From: Minisyncoccota bacterium
GTDB lineage: Bacteria > Patescibacteriota > Minisyncoccia > Phycocordibacterales > UBA6065
DNA: 64,000 bases
Direction: 5' to 3'
Assembly: GCA_036565605.1 (NCBI GenBank)
Contig: DATCXV010000009.1
Coordinates: forward strand, 4,977 to 68,976
A program made the position numbers and the translations under genes. Shown piece after piece: positions 28,914 to 39,037 of the stretch (the stretch's first letter is position 1; every line of letters starts with the position of its first letter). The notes beneath the pieces are model-generated. The model was given only the letters and a program-made list of their open reading frames with translations. It ran no database searches and was not told the origin of the DNA.

Positions 28914-30677
28914 CTATTCGTTTAGTGTCTGCAAATCCCTCAACCTTTTGAACTCACCTCCCTTTTCCACCAGTTCTTGATAGGTGCCCTGTTCGACGAT
29001 CTTACCCTCTTTGAAGACCAGAATTTTGTCGGCTTTGCGGACGGTCGAAAGGCGGTGCGCAATGATCAATGTCGTACGGTCCTTCATGATCTCGTCCAAA
29101 GATTGCACGATGTGCGCTTCAGATGCCGCATCCAATGCCGATGTTGGCTCGTCGAGAACCAGAATTTTCGGATCACGCAGAAAAGCACGGGCGATAGCAA
29201 TCCTTTGCTTTTGGCCCACTGACAATTTCATGCCGCGCTCGCCCACCTGTTGGTCCCACTTATTGGGAAGGCGTTCGATAAAATCGCATTTGGCTTTTTC
29301 TGCGGCCCAGCGGACTTTTTCGTCCGAAACGTCAGGTATGCCGTATCGAATGTTCTCCTGAATAGACGAATTGAAGAGTGTAATTTCCTGCGATACCACC
29401 GCCACGGCCCGGCGCAGACTTCCCAAATCTATTTCGCGCGTGTCGATGCCGTCGATCGAAACTGACCCTGAATCAGGCAGATAATATGCCGAAACCAGGT
29501 CGATAAGGCTCGACTTGCCGACGCCGGATTCTCCAACGAAAGCAACGACTTCACCTGCCTTAGCCTCGAATGAAACATCTTTCAAAATCGGAGTCTGGCC
29601 GTCATAGCTGAACGAGGTACGGTCAAAAACAATCTGTCCCATGGTCTGAGGCAATTCTTTGCCTCGGTACGGCTCTTCTTGCTCATGAGCAAGTTTGTCT
29701 GCATCCTCCATCGAGATAAGGCTGTTCTGGATAAAGCGCCACTGGCGAAAAAGTTGGCGCAGTGGTTCGAAGAAGCTTGAAACGTATGTCGCAAGCGCTG
29801 CGAAGGCACCAATGGTCATGAGGCCGTTGCGAATAGCAAGATACGCCATCCATAACGCGGCTATGCGGGCGGAATTTTCGATGATGCCTTGAAAAAGTGC
29901 CAGGTTCCTTTGGGCTGAAAGCATCTTTAATCGCGGACCAAGAGAATCTTCGAACCACGCTTTATGCATTTTCGCCGACTCGTTTGATTCGGACGCTGCC
30001 TCTTTGACCATGCGGACATTGAACAGGGCGTCACCGGCTACTCCCCTGGCTTTGGTGTAAGCGTTTTGAACTTTACGCTGAAGTCTGGCAAAGGGCTGGA
30101 CGAATAAAATTGAAATGACTGAGTACAAAAGTGCCGCTCCGACCAAAATCCATCCGATTGTCTGTTCCTTTTGAAAGACGTATACCGAAGCGATGGCAAT
30201 GAAGACGAATTGCGGCAAAAGCGAGAAGACATATTCGGACCAGAACTGCGGGATTGCTTGGACGCCGCGGTTAATCTTTTCGGTCACTTCGCCGTGCCGA
30301 TGGGTCTTGTGGAACGAGACGGGCAGACGCAGCATTTTTGAAAACAGGCCGTGCATGTATGAAAGCCGCATCGATTCGTCGACAAAATTTTGGATGCGAC
30401 CTTGGACATTTGAAAGGAAACGCGTGCCGAACAGCACTGCGGCAAGCACGATCATTGCTTTAAGTGTCTCTTTCTGCCCTGCTTCTGATGCTACGGCGTC
30501 AACGACGTGGCCGAAGGCAATTGGGAAAAGACCGTTTGCGATACCCATACCGACGACGATCAAAAGTAGGACGGCCAGCCTGCTTCGATATCCTTCGGTA
30601 GTCCGATACATCATTCCCAGACCATTGCGGAAGTCTTTGAACGTATATGCTCGTTCTGTCGGGGTGTCGTGCTTCAT
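28914..30677 (-). CDS. ABC exporter (fused TMD-NBD)
   Basis: TM region; GESGVGKS, LSVGQKQR, LDEPTSALD, IAHRLST. Confidence 0.95.
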   Translation of the reverse strand: MKHDTPTERAYTFKDFRNGLGMMYRTTEGYRSRLAVLLLIVVGMGIANGLFPIAFGHVVDAVASEAGQKETLKAMIVLAAVLFGTRFLSNVQGRIQNFVDESMRLSYMHGLFSKMLRLPVSFHKTHRHGEVTEKINRGVQAIPQFWSEYVFSLLPQFVFIAIASVYVFQKEQTIGWILVGAALLYSVISILFVQPFARLQRKVQNAYTKARGVAGDALFNVRMVKEAASESNESAKMHKAWFEDSLGPRLKMLSAQRNLALFQGIIENSARIAALWMAYLAIRNGLMTIGAFAALATYVSSFFEPLRQLFRQWRFIQNSLISMEDADKLAHEQEEPYRGKELPQTMGQIVFDRTSFSYDGQTPILKDVSFEAKAGEVVAFVGESGVGKSSLIDLVSAYYLPDSGSVSIDGIDTREIDLGSLRRAVAVVSQEITLFNSSIQENIRYGIPDVSDEKVRWAAEKAKCDFIERLPNKWDQQVGERGMKLSVGQKQRIAIARAFLRDPKILVLDEPTSALDAASEAHIVQSLDEIMKDRTTLIIAHRLSTVRKADKILVFKEGKIVEQGTYQELVEKGGEFKRLRDLQTLNE

Positions 30678-31456
30678 GATAGTTTGCTTCTTAAAGATGA
30701 TTCCTGCACGATAACGTGACTTAATCCAAATTGGGCAAAGACACAGTATCCCTTTTTGATGTATTCAACGATAGTGTTAACGATGCATTCATCACGTACT
30801 TCTCCAGACATAAGAGAAACATCATTTACGGCAATACGATGCTCGCTCATCGGATCAATTGCGTCATAGAAGATTTTGTCATTGTTTAGTGAGAATGGAA
30901 CACCCAGAATCTTTTCGTGGATCTTTTTCATGTGATCAAGAGAGAAATCATAGTCGTTCCAACCACTTTCCATGCGGTCATAAGCGAGCGAGTCTTTGAT
31001 GTAAGGCTCGAAATCGGACTTTGGATCAATTTTGTTCATCCATTGATACACCATACGCGCGAAATAATAGTATTGGATCTCGTCGCGGCTGAATTCCTTT
31101 TCCAGAGCCCTTCTCTCCTCCCCTCTTTCTGGTTCTGGAGAACGTATTTCGATCTTTGCTTGATGTGCGAGGTGTGAGATAAGACCCATGCCGCCTTCAT
31201 CCAGAATCGATTCCCCTTCTGTTTTTCGAGGTTTTCTGATTCCACCTTCTACAAAAACAATCTTCTTTTGTGATGGATCGTTCAAGAATTCTTGCCAGAC
31301 AGATTTAACTTTCTCCCACTGTGGATTTTTCGGGTCGAATGAATGCTCTTCGCCAAAGTAATAAAGATTGCCCGTCGGCGTCTTCAGTTTCAAGATATAT
31401 GGCGCTGGCCATTCAGTCTTCCGATATTCTTCAGGGGTCATTAATCGCATGATCAT
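30674..31456 (-). CDS. Hypothetical protein (possible TraB/ChaN/EreA-like metallohydrolase)
   Basis: 260 aa; FGEEH...FVEGG...RD...FGLSH pattern. Confidence 0.65.
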   Translation of the reverse strand: MIMRLMTPEEYRKTEWPAPYILKLKTPTGNLYYFGEEHSFDPKNPQWEKVKSVWQEFLNDPSQKKIVFVEGGIRKPRKTEGESILDEGGMGLISHLAHQAKIEIRSPEPERGEERRALEKEFSRDEIQYYYFARMVYQWMNKIDPKSDFEPYIKDSLAYDRMESGWNDYDFSLDHMKKIHEKILGVPFSLNNDKIFYDAIDPMSEHRIAVNDVSLMSGEVRDECIVNTIVEYIKKGYCVFAQFGLSHVIVQESSLRSKLS

Positions 31457-31458
31457 AC

Positions 31459-32046
31459 TTATAGCAAACCTCTCACAATCCTTTCTAAGTCTTTTTCGTC
31501 CGTAAACATATATGATTTGATTCCAACGCTTTCGGCTGCTTTCAGATTCTTTTCCTGGTCATCGAAATAAACGCACTGATCCGCTTTCAAGCCGTGTTCT
31601 TCAAGAATCGATGTCCATGCTCGTGTATCTGGTTTTACAAAGCCTGTTTGCCAGGAGAAAAAGATCTTATCGACCGCATCGTGCACCCACGGGTAGTGAT
31701 CATAATATTCAGCCCGCTCTTTGAAATTGTTCGAAAGGATAAATACCTTTATCCCTTTGGTCCGAAGTTCTTTTGCAAATGAAACCATGCTCTCAGAGAC
31801 TTTTTCTGCCTTGAACCAGTAATCCCAGAACTCTGATTCTGAAATTGATACTCTCCATTCCTTGAGTGCAGGTTCCCACAATTTGAACGAATTACCCGCG
31901 TTCGGTTTGCGTGCTGCATCCATAATTGAGGAAAGTTTCGGTAAAAAAGTTGCAACCGGAATACCAAAATCACTCTGAAAACGGTCGCTCAGCTTAGGAG
32001 ACTGAAGAAAGATGCCGTTGAGATCGAATATTGCTGCTTTAAGCAT
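31459..32046 (-). CDS. HAD-superfamily hydrolase
   Basis: FDLNG, LSNN, KPD, FDDQ..NL.AA..VG. Confidence 0.9.
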   Translation of the reverse strand: MLKAAIFDLNGIFLQSPKLSDRFQSDFGIPVATFLPKLSSIMDAARKPNAGNSFKLWEPALKEWRVSISESEFWDYWFKAEKVSESMVSFAKELRTKGIKVFILSNNFKERAEYYDHYPWVHDAVDKIFFSWQTGFVKPDTRAWTSILEEHGLKADQCVYFDDQEKNLKAAESVGIKSYMFTDEKDLERIVRGLL

Positions 32047-32051
32047 GCTGT

Positions 32052-32399
32052 TTACTTTCCTATGATTAAATGAAGGTGAAAATGTGTCGGAATCGATTTG
32101 TTTTTTGGGGTGGCCTCGATAATGTAATCGTACTTTGAAGCTATGTATGCAGATTTGATCTCGGAGAATTCATGAAGTTCGTCTGCGGTAAGTTCTTTTT
32201 CTGTTACATGCCGCATCGGCACAAGCATGTGATGTTCGCTTGCAATAAGATCATAGGGAAATTCATTACTCGTCACTTTCCAATATTTGAAAGCCTGAAT
32301 CGGTTTCTTATCACAAAGCGCGCAGGTGCCATTATCCGGATGCGAAGCCTGATATTCCTTATATCGCTGCTTCATTTCTGGCGTCCTAAGGCTTGCCAT
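32052..32399 (-). CDS. HIT-like protein
   Basis: CALC, N.FPYD, H.LVP.RH, HFHLH. Confidence 0.8.
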   Translation of the reverse strand: MASLRTPEMKQRYKEYQASHPDNGTCALCDKKPIQAFKYWKVTSNEFPYDLIASEHHMLVPMRHVTEKELTADELHEFSEIKSAYIASKYDYIIEATPKNKSIPTHFHLHLIIGK

Positions 32400-32403
32400 T
32401 TGC

Positions 32404-33357
32404 TTAGAATTTCACTCCAACTGCGGTTTTTATCTTCTCCATCGTCTCCCCTGCTTTCTTTGCAGCCCTCTTGCCGCCCTTCTCGAGGATCTTGATCACC
32501 TTCCTTTTATTCTTCGCCAGCTTCTCGCGGCGTTCGCGCATCGGGCGGATGAATGCCTGAATGTCAGCAGCCAAAGCTTCCTTTAAATCCTTATATTTAC
32601 CTGCTTTTTCGGCATAAAGCCTGTCCAAATATTCTTTATCGCGGAACAATTCGTGGATAGCGCGGACGTTCGTGGGAACGCCAGAGCCAGAATCTGTGAC
32701 GATCGACATAACCGTTTTTTTGATCTCGTCGTCGGTGGAGAAAAGAGGAATGGTATTTCCGTACGATTTGGACATTTTGCGGCCATCAGTGCCAGGTACG
32801 GTGCCAACGCCTTCCATGATGAAATCCGCTGGAAGTTTAAACGTCTCTCCGAACGTGTTATTAAACTTTTGTGCAATGTCGCGAGTGTATTCGATGTGCT
32901 GCTTCTGATCCGCTCCAACCGGCACAATATCTGTTCCGTATAACAGAATGTCTGCGGCCATAAGGACCGGATAATTGAACTTGCCGACAGAAATTTCCTG
33001 ATTCTTTGCTTCAGCGTCTTTGAAGGCGTGTGCGCGCATAAGGTATGGCATCGACGTGATTGTGTCGAATATCCACGCGAGCTCAGTGTGAGCAGGGACA
33101 TCGGATTGCTTGAAGAGCGTGCATTTTTTCGGATCAAGGCCGATGGCAAGATAGTCCAAGGCCAGGTCAAGAATATTTTGACGCATCTGCTCTGCGTTCT
33201 GGACCGAGTTCAAAGCATGGTAATCCGCAAGCATGATGAAGCATTCGTATGTTCCGGTGTTCAAAAGATCCACAAATTGCTTCATGGCGCCGAAATAATT
33301 GCCGATATGCGGTCTGCCGGAAGGCTGGACGCCCGAAAGGAGTACTTTCTTTTCCAT
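32404..33357 (-). CDS. trpS: Tryptophan--tRNA ligase
   Basis: SGVQPSG..HIGNY, YPVLMAADIL, VPVG.DQ.QH.E, KMSKS. Confidence 0.97.
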   Translation of the reverse strand: MEKKVLLSGVQPSGRPHIGNYFGAMKQFVDLLNTGTYECFIMLADYHALNSVQNAEQMRQNILDLALDYLAIGLDPKKCTLFKQSDVPAHTELAWIFDTITSMPYLMRAHAFKDAEAKNQEISVGKFNYPVLMAADILLYGTDIVPVGADQKQHIEYTRDIAQKFNNTFGETFKLPADFIMEGVGTVPGTDGRKMSKSYGNTIPLFSTDDEIKKTVMSIVTDSGSGVPTNVRAIHELFRDKEYLDRLYAEKAGKYKDLKEALAADIQAFIRPMRERREKLAKNKRKVIKILEKGGKRAAKKAGETMEKIKTAVGVKF

Positions 33358-33389
33358 GGCTCTAGAGTACAACAAAAGCAGGTTGTGTG

Positions 33390-33860
33390 CTATTTCTCTG
33401 CAGCAACGAGCTTTCCATCCCGTACTTCGAAATTCGCTGTCACTCCCACTGAAACAGGTGCGGACATTGGTTCGGTTGGTTTGCGGTCCATGTAATTGAC
33501 GATAATCTTCCCGTCTTTGAATTCGGTCGTTTGCGGAGCGATGCGGTCTCCCAGAAGTAATGCGTTTGCCGGAACAAGACCTGAATCGGTACCCAAAGCA
33601 AGTGCGATGTAATAGAACGTGCCCGAACCTCCTGGTTGATCCTGGATCACGAATGCAGCGTCTTCCCTGCCATCTTTGTCGAAATCACCACGGACTTCAT
33701 TACCGAAATATGTTGCTTCACCTGCACCCAATGTTACCTGACGCTCTACCAAAAGATATGTACCGGTTTTGTAGTCTGCTTGGGTTGGAATGTGGTGTAT
33801 GAATACGTACAAAACGACAAGAACGATAATGAAAACAAGAATGTAGAGAGGTTTTTTCAT
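33390..33860 (-). CDS. Hypothetical membrane-anchored protein
   Basis: N-terminal TM; GDFDKDGREDAA, PGGSGTFYY, LLGDRI. Confidence 0.75.
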   Translation of the reverse strand: MKKPLYILVFIIVLVVLYVFIHHIPTQADYKTGTYLLVERQVTLGAGEATYFGNEVRGDFDKDGREDAAFVIQDQPGGSGTFYYIALALGTDSGLVPANALLLGDRIAPQTTEFKDGKIIVNYMDRKPTEPMSAPVSVGVTANFEVRDGKLVAAEK

Positions 33861-34441
33861 ACAAGATATAATATCGCCTTTTTCACAGCATTCAAATAGT
33901 CCTTGTGAAGAATTTTGTGTCCGACACCTTTGACCGTGATCAACTTGGTATGAGGAATTCTCTTCGCAGTCTCGCGTGCTCGGTTTATCATATCTTTATC
34001 TTCGGTGCTTCCTACAAGTACAACAGTTTTAGATTTGATTCGCGGCACAAGCTTTTGGAAAGAGAAAGGCTTGTCAGAAAAATTCTTCTGCCACCATTCT
34101 GACCAGGATTGATCTAGAGTTTCTAAATCTTCAGCAAACCACGAAGACAAAGAAGCCAGGATCAGCCCATCAGGTCTGATTTTTCCTGCTGCTAAAAATG
34201 CGACAAGTGCCCCAAGCGAGAATCCAAAGACGTATATACATACTCCCTTTGGCTTGGTCCTGTATACCTTCAAAAAATCCTGCACAAATTCTTTAAACTG
34301 CGCGGGTCTTTTCCGATCCCAGCGTATTGGCACGAAAATAGGCTCGAATCCCTCTTTTTTGAATATGTTTTCGAGTTCAGACGCGGGCTTATATACTTCA
34401 TATCCTGGAATGATGTAGACGATTTTTCTCATGTGCATCAA
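33857..34441 (-). CDS. Alpha/beta hydrolase
   Basis: IPG oxyanion loop, GFSLG nucleophile elbow, C-terminal GH. Confidence 0.85.
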   Translation of the reverse strand: MMHMRKIVYIIPGYEVYKPASELENIFKKEGFEPIFVPIRWDRKRPAQFKEFVQDFLKVYRTKPKGVCIYVFGFSLGALVAFLAAGKIRPDGLILASLSSWFAEDLETLDQSWSEWWQKNFSDKPFSFQKLVPRIKSKTVVLVGSTEDKDMINRARETAKRIPHTKLITVKGVGHKILHKDYLNAVKKAILYLV

Positions 34442-34959
34442 GTTAACCTTTTGAGAGTTTCTTCTAAGGCTACGAGACCCTCATTTTCGTTGAGTTTAGT
34501 ATTATCGACTATCTCCCAGCCTCTTTTTTCCGTTTCACTCCTCAAAAAACGTGCCCAATTCATCATGTGCTTGTTTGCAAGCCCAGGCTGTTTTCGTTGG
34601 ATAAGACGATATCTACGCTCATCTTCAGAACAATCGATGAGAATGACGGAATAATTGTTGATTTCTCGTTCCCTGCAAAGTTGCTCGATATAAGCTGGAG
34701 GTAATTGTCCTTCAAATAGAGTTGGTAGTTCATCGGATTGCTTTTCGATGATATCCAACCATTTATGGGCGATAGTCTTCTGCCAATTTTCCCAACCGCC
34801 AAACTCCTTCAGTACCTCTGACTCGGATGGTACGCCAAAATGATCGAAGTAGCAGAAGTGATAAAGATTTTTACCATTTATTTCGATCTTTTTTAGTGTA
34901 CTGGTTTTTCCTGATCCTGATGCTCCAGTGATGAAAATTATTCTACGTTGATAGGCCAT
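34438..34959 (-). CDS. P-loop (nucleotide kinase-like) protein
   Basis: ITGASGSGKT Walker A, FEGQ, R..RL..R lid. Confidence 0.8.
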   Translation of the reverse strand: MAYQRRIIFITGASGSGKTSTLKKIEINGKNLYHFCYFDHFGVPSESEVLKEFGGWENWQKTIAHKWLDIIEKQSDELPTLFEGQLPPAYIEQLCREREINNYSVILIDCSEDERRYRLIQRKQPGLANKHMMNWARFLRSETEKRGWEIVDNTKLNENEGLVALEETLKRLT

Positions 34960-35234
34960 TAATCTTTAAGCGAAATAAGCTGAAGGCCGTGTTTGTCTAT
35001 CTCTTCTTGCGGCCAAAATCGAGTAAGATCGTTCAATTTCCATTTGCCAACGTATCCGACTCTTTTTTTGATTTCGCGACCTGCATACGACTTTGTGTTC
35101 GGATCCCATTCTTTCAATAACAAGTTGTCGCCTTCGGCAATATCAAAATCGTTCAACCTTAATTCAAATGTTTTCTTATTATCGAGTATTTGCTGAAAGT
35201 ATTCAGGAAAAACTTTTTTCTCGATTGTTTTCAT
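34959..35234 (-). CDS. DUF3850 / ASCH (PUA-like) domain protein
   Basis: K..PEYFQ.I...KKTFELR.ND.....GD.L.LKEWD. Confidence 0.85.
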   Translation of the reverse strand: MKTIEKKVFPEYFQQILDNKKTFELRLNDFDIAEGDNLLLKEWDPNTKSYAGREIKKRVGYVGKWKLNDLTRFWPQEEIDKHGLQLISLKD

Positions 35235-35236
35235 AA

Positions 35237-36553
35237 CTATTTCAGCACAGCTGCAACGTCAGCAGGGGAAACTTTCTCTTGTGTTCCCTTCTCTAAATCT
35301 TTCACTATAACTTTTCCTTCCTTTGCTTCGTTGGTGCCGTACATGATTGCATAACGGATGCCTTTATCAGAAGCATAAGAGAGCTGTTTTTTGAGATCCG
35401 CTGTTTCGAAATACAGAACGGTGTTTATGTCCGCAGTGCGCAGATCCGATGCCATTTTCAGGTATTCGTTTTGCAGGGCTTCGTCAAAATTGACGATCAG
35501 AGCCTTGGAAACCGTAGTCTCGGTCTTTATCAGTTTCAGTTCTTCAAGGGCTGCCAAGAGCCGATCCAGGCCAATAGAGGCCCCTACAGCCGGCATCGGT
35601 TTGTTTGCGAACATGCCAACAAGTCCATCATAGCGACCGCCGGAAAGAACGGATCCGATGGACGGCAAAGCGGTAAGATTTGTCTCGAAAATCATGCCGG
35701 TGTAATAGTCGAGTCCACGCGCGATTGAAAAATCAATCACGAAGCGCGGCTTGAATGTAGCTTGAGACGCAAGCTGGTACGCTGACTCGATGATACCTAA
35801 AAGTTTTTCCAAAGGCGCCTTGGTACCTGGAAAGCTTTCTGCGGCGTTCATAAGATCCGTGCGTTGTTCGATGGGATCAAGTGCTACAGACGCGAAAGCG
35901 ATAATGGCCTGGGCTTTGTCGGCCACAATCCCTTTTTCTGAAAGCTCCTGCATGACGCCGTCCTTCCCTATCTTGTCGATCTTATCCACCGCGCGGATGG
36001 CAGAAAGCTGTTCGCTTTCCGAAAGACCCAGAGATCCATAGAACGCGGAAATGATCTCTCGCGAATTTACGCGCATGATGAAGTCGCTTACGCCAAGAGT
36101 GCACAGTGTGGATGCAGCTAATGCCAGTATTTCGGCGTCTGCAAGTGGATTTTCCGTACCGACAATATCAGCATCGCACTGATAGAATTCGCGAAAGCGA
36201 CCTTTCTGGGTATTTTCTGCGCGCCAGACTGGCGAGACCTGATAGCGCTTCCACGGCTTCTTGATATCGTTTTGATACTGTGCAACGACACGTGCCAAAG
36301 GAATGGTGAGATCATAGCGAAGAGCAACGTCACGGTCACCGTTATCACGGAAACGGTACATGAGCTTGTCCCCTTCGTCGCCGTATTTACCGACAAGTGT
36401 TTCTGCGTATTCCAAAGCTGGCGTTTCCAAGGGCTCGAATCCGAAGCGCTCGTACGACGCTTTAATGGCCGAAATCATCTTCTGTCGAACGATCTGTTCG
36501 GCAGGAAGAAAGTCGCGGAAACCTTTCAGAGTCTTTGGTTCGATCTGTGACAT
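35237..36553 (-). CDS. hisS: Histidine--tRNA ligase
   Basis: KGFRDFLP, LRYDLT, QKGRFREFYQCD, RGLDYYTG, GGRYD.L. Confidence 0.97.
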   Translation of the reverse strand: MSQIEPKTLKGFRDFLPAEQIVRQKMISAIKASYERFGFEPLETPALEYAETLVGKYGDEGDKLMYRFRDNGDRDVALRYDLTIPLARVVAQYQNDIKKPWKRYQVSPVWRAENTQKGRFREFYQCDADIVGTENPLADAEILALAASTLCTLGVSDFIMRVNSREIISAFYGSLGLSESEQLSAIRAVDKIDKIGKDGVMQELSEKGIVADKAQAIIAFASVALDPIEQRTDLMNAAESFPGTKAPLEKLLGIIESAYQLASQATFKPRFVIDFSIARGLDYYTGMIFETNLTALPSIGSVLSGGRYDGLVGMFANKPMPAVGASIGLDRLLAALEELKLIKTETTVSKALIVNFDEALQNEYLKMASDLRTADINTVLYFETADLKKQLSYASDKGIRYAIMYGTNEAKEGKVIVKDLEKGTQEKVSPADVAAVLK

Positions 36554-36567
36554 GGGTTCAGTCTAGT

Positions 36568-38211
36568 CTATGACGTGGCTTCCGGCAATTCCACATAGAA
36601 TTGGCTGCCCTTTCCTTCCCCAGCTGATTCTGCCCAAATTTTACCACCGTGGGCATTCATGATCTCTTTTGCGATGAAAAGGCCCAAACCGGTGCCGTGG
36701 ATGTTTGCTTCCGATGCGCTGGGTGCGCGCGAGAATTTCTGAAAAAGTTTAGGCATGACTTCCGATTTGATGCCAACGCCCGTATCCGCAATCTTAAGGC
36801 ATATCATCTTATGAGCAGTGTCTTTGGTAAGCGAAACTTCGATAGATCCTTGCGGCGTGTATTTGATCGAATTGTCGATAGCGTTCATGATAACTTGCTT
36901 GAATTTATCTGGATCTGCTTTGATCGGATAAGTCTGCGAGGCGTCAACCGAGACCGAGTATGCAAGGCCCTTTGCCCCGATGTTCACCTTTTGTTCGTTC
37001 ATAACATCATTCAACAGATCCTTGAAATCCATCGCGATCAAATTATATTTCATGGTACCCAATTCAATGCGCGAGACGTTCAGATAGTCTTCGACGATCG
37101 ATACCAATGTTTTGGTTGAAGTCTCGATTACTTGGATAATATCGCGGACCGGCTTTGGCACTTCGCCTAAATCTCCTTCCAAAATCATCGACGCATTGCC
37201 GCGGATTGATCCCAACGGACTGCGCAACTGATGTGTTGCGAACGAAACGAATTCGGTTTTTTGTTTGTCGAGCTCTGTGAGGCGTTCGTTTGCTTTTTTC
37301 AGGTCTTCAGCAAGTCTTTCGATCCTTCTACGCTGGTCAAATTCTTTTTTGGCGTCACGCGCAAGCAGTACTCCAAAGGCCAGTGTGACAACAAAGGTCA
37401 CCAAGGTCAGTTTCTGGGCACCAGAATCTTCGATAAAGAAGAATTGCGTACCGACCATGACGATAAGAACATACGAGAGAAGTTGCGTGCCTAAAATACG
37501 TAAATGGAATACGTGCAAATTAGTCACCGCATATATGATCATGAAAAGAAATGCCGGCAGGACAAATAGGCTGTACAAATTGATCTCGTAAATGCCTGTT
37601 TGGCTTGATATATATTCCGTTACAGAAAAGACTGCAAAAAACAAAAGTAGTCCCGCGGCTACTGTCCAGATTTCTACGCGTCGTTGGCGTGCGGTTTTGC
37701 GGGATGCCAGAATGGCCGAGACTAAAATATATATGCAAACAATCCATTCGATCGCCAATTTGTATTGGGTGAGCCATTCACTGTTGAAAGCTTCGCACTG
37801 CGGTTGATTGAAACCAGTTATCGATTTTCCGGTAACAGTGATCCACCATGCAGGAATTGAAAGTGCTAAAAAGGCTATTTTAAGCCATTCTGGCACCTTT
37901 TTTCCATCGTTTACCAGTATGGCAAAGAAATATGCGCCAGCAAGATAGAACACGACATTGATGTAATCAAGAGGTGCCCAGAATGAAGTGACGAGATGAT
38001 AGTCTGATTGTGTCCACAAAACAACATCACCTATAAGCCACAGACAGAAACCTGATACGAAAAGTGCGAAGACTCGTGAAATAAGCGAAAAGCGGGATTT
38101 GAAAAGAACCAAGATAGCCAAGAGCATGGCTATGACCACTGGAACGAGGTGGGAATAATATGCAATGGTGTGATAGTCGACGGTCGTTATGAAGCAGGTG
38201 TTGGGGTTCAT
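36568..38211 (-). CDS. Sensor histidine kinase with N-terminal multi-TM (HisKA_7TM-like) sensor
   Basis: Long hydrophobic N-terminus; H-box ATHQLRSPL, N-box NAIDNSIKY, DTGVG, GTGLGL. Confidence 0.93.
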   Translation of the reverse strand: MNPNTCFITTVDYHTIAYYSHLVPVVIAMLLAILVLFKSRFSLISRVFALFVSGFCLWLIGDVVLWTQSDYHLVTSFWAPLDYINVVFYLAGAYFFAILVNDGKKVPEWLKIAFLALSIPAWWITVTGKSITGFNQPQCEAFNSEWLTQYKLAIEWIVCIYILVSAILASRKTARQRRVEIWTVAAGLLLFFAVFSVTEYISSQTGIYEINLYSLFVLPAFLFMIIYAVTNLHVFHLRILGTQLLSYVLIVMVGTQFFFIEDSGAQKLTLVTFVVTLAFGVLLARDAKKEFDQRRRIERLAEDLKKANERLTELDKQKTEFVSFATHQLRSPLGSIRGNASMILEGDLGEVPKPVRDIIQVIETSTKTLVSIVEDYLNVSRIELGTMKYNLIAMDFKDLLNDVMNEQKVNIGAKGLAYSVSVDASQTYPIKADPDKFKQVIMNAIDNSIKYTPQGSIEVSLTKDTAHKMICLKIADTGVGIKSEVMPKLFQKFSRAPSASEANIHGTGLGLFIAKEIMNAHGGKIWAESAGEGKGSQFYVELPEATS

Positions 38212-38226
38212 GGGAAGATATGAAAA

Positions 38227-39036
38227 TTATAGCAGCTTCTTTTTTACATAATCCAAAGAGGTGTGCGGATGGCACATCCAGAACTCCTCTCCTTCTATGT
38301 CGGTTGGCTCGAGGGCGACTATGAGAGGTTTTACACCAGTTGCTTTCATTATCCGTAGAAACGCAGGCAAGAAGATTTCCCGAGTGAAACCCACTTCCTT
38401 CATGTCGAGCATGAAATTCTCGAAGAGAACAGCGTGTTTTACGAAGAGCGATAGGAAATTTTCGTAATAACCTTTTGCGGCCCCGCCTGAAGTTGCAAAC
38501 CAATCGGAAGCATCGTAAAAAACAGCAGTATCAAGTTTCGGGTAAGTATTTTCAAAAAGTTCACGATGAAAGTCGACCAATGGTTGGCCCCAGAGGGTTT
38601 TTACTTCATCGATTTTCTTGCCATTGTACGAATTGAAATCGATGACATTTAGTCTTTCGATCTTCGAACCTCCCTTTTTTCCTTTACCAAAAAAGAAGCT
38701 GAGTTTGCCTAATGCTTTTTTCACATCATTGTTCGAGGTGAATTTATCCTTACGGTATTCCCAGAACAAGGGTTGCAGCCCGCACACTGCGTCAGCGATA
38801 CTTACAAACCTGCGCAATTCATAATTAGGAGTTGTGACCTGGCGGAATAATACAGCCTTAGGTCCGTCAGAAAGTGGTTCTGGGATGCGTATCGCGACAG
38901 AGTCCCGCATTCGAGCACCCAGTGATTCGTCGGCGTTACGGGAACGAAGTTCCTCGATTGCCTTATCGAGCGGTGTATAAATGAAAGCGTTAAACGCCTC
39001 TCTGTCCGAGATGAGTTTTTCGATATCTATATCCAT
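38227..39036 (-). CDS. Hypothetical enzyme resembling the class I LysRS catalytic domain
   Basis: 269-aa soluble ORF tightly packed in an operon; fold call is a by-eye alignment (see findings). Confidence 0.75.
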   Translation of the reverse strand: MDIDIEKLISDREAFNAFIYTPLDKAIEELRSRNADESLGARMRDSVAIRIPEPLSDGPKAVLFRQVTTPNYELRRFVSIADAVCGLQPLFWEYRKDKFTSNNDVKKALGKLSFFFGKGKKGGSKIERLNVIDFNSYNGKKIDEVKTLWGQPLVDFHRELFENTYPKLDTAVFYDASDWFATSGGAAKGYYENFLSLFVKHAVLFENFMLDMKEVGFTREIFLPAFLRIMKATGVKPLIVALEPTDIEGEEFWMCHPHTSLDYVKKKLL

Positions 39037-39037
39037 T

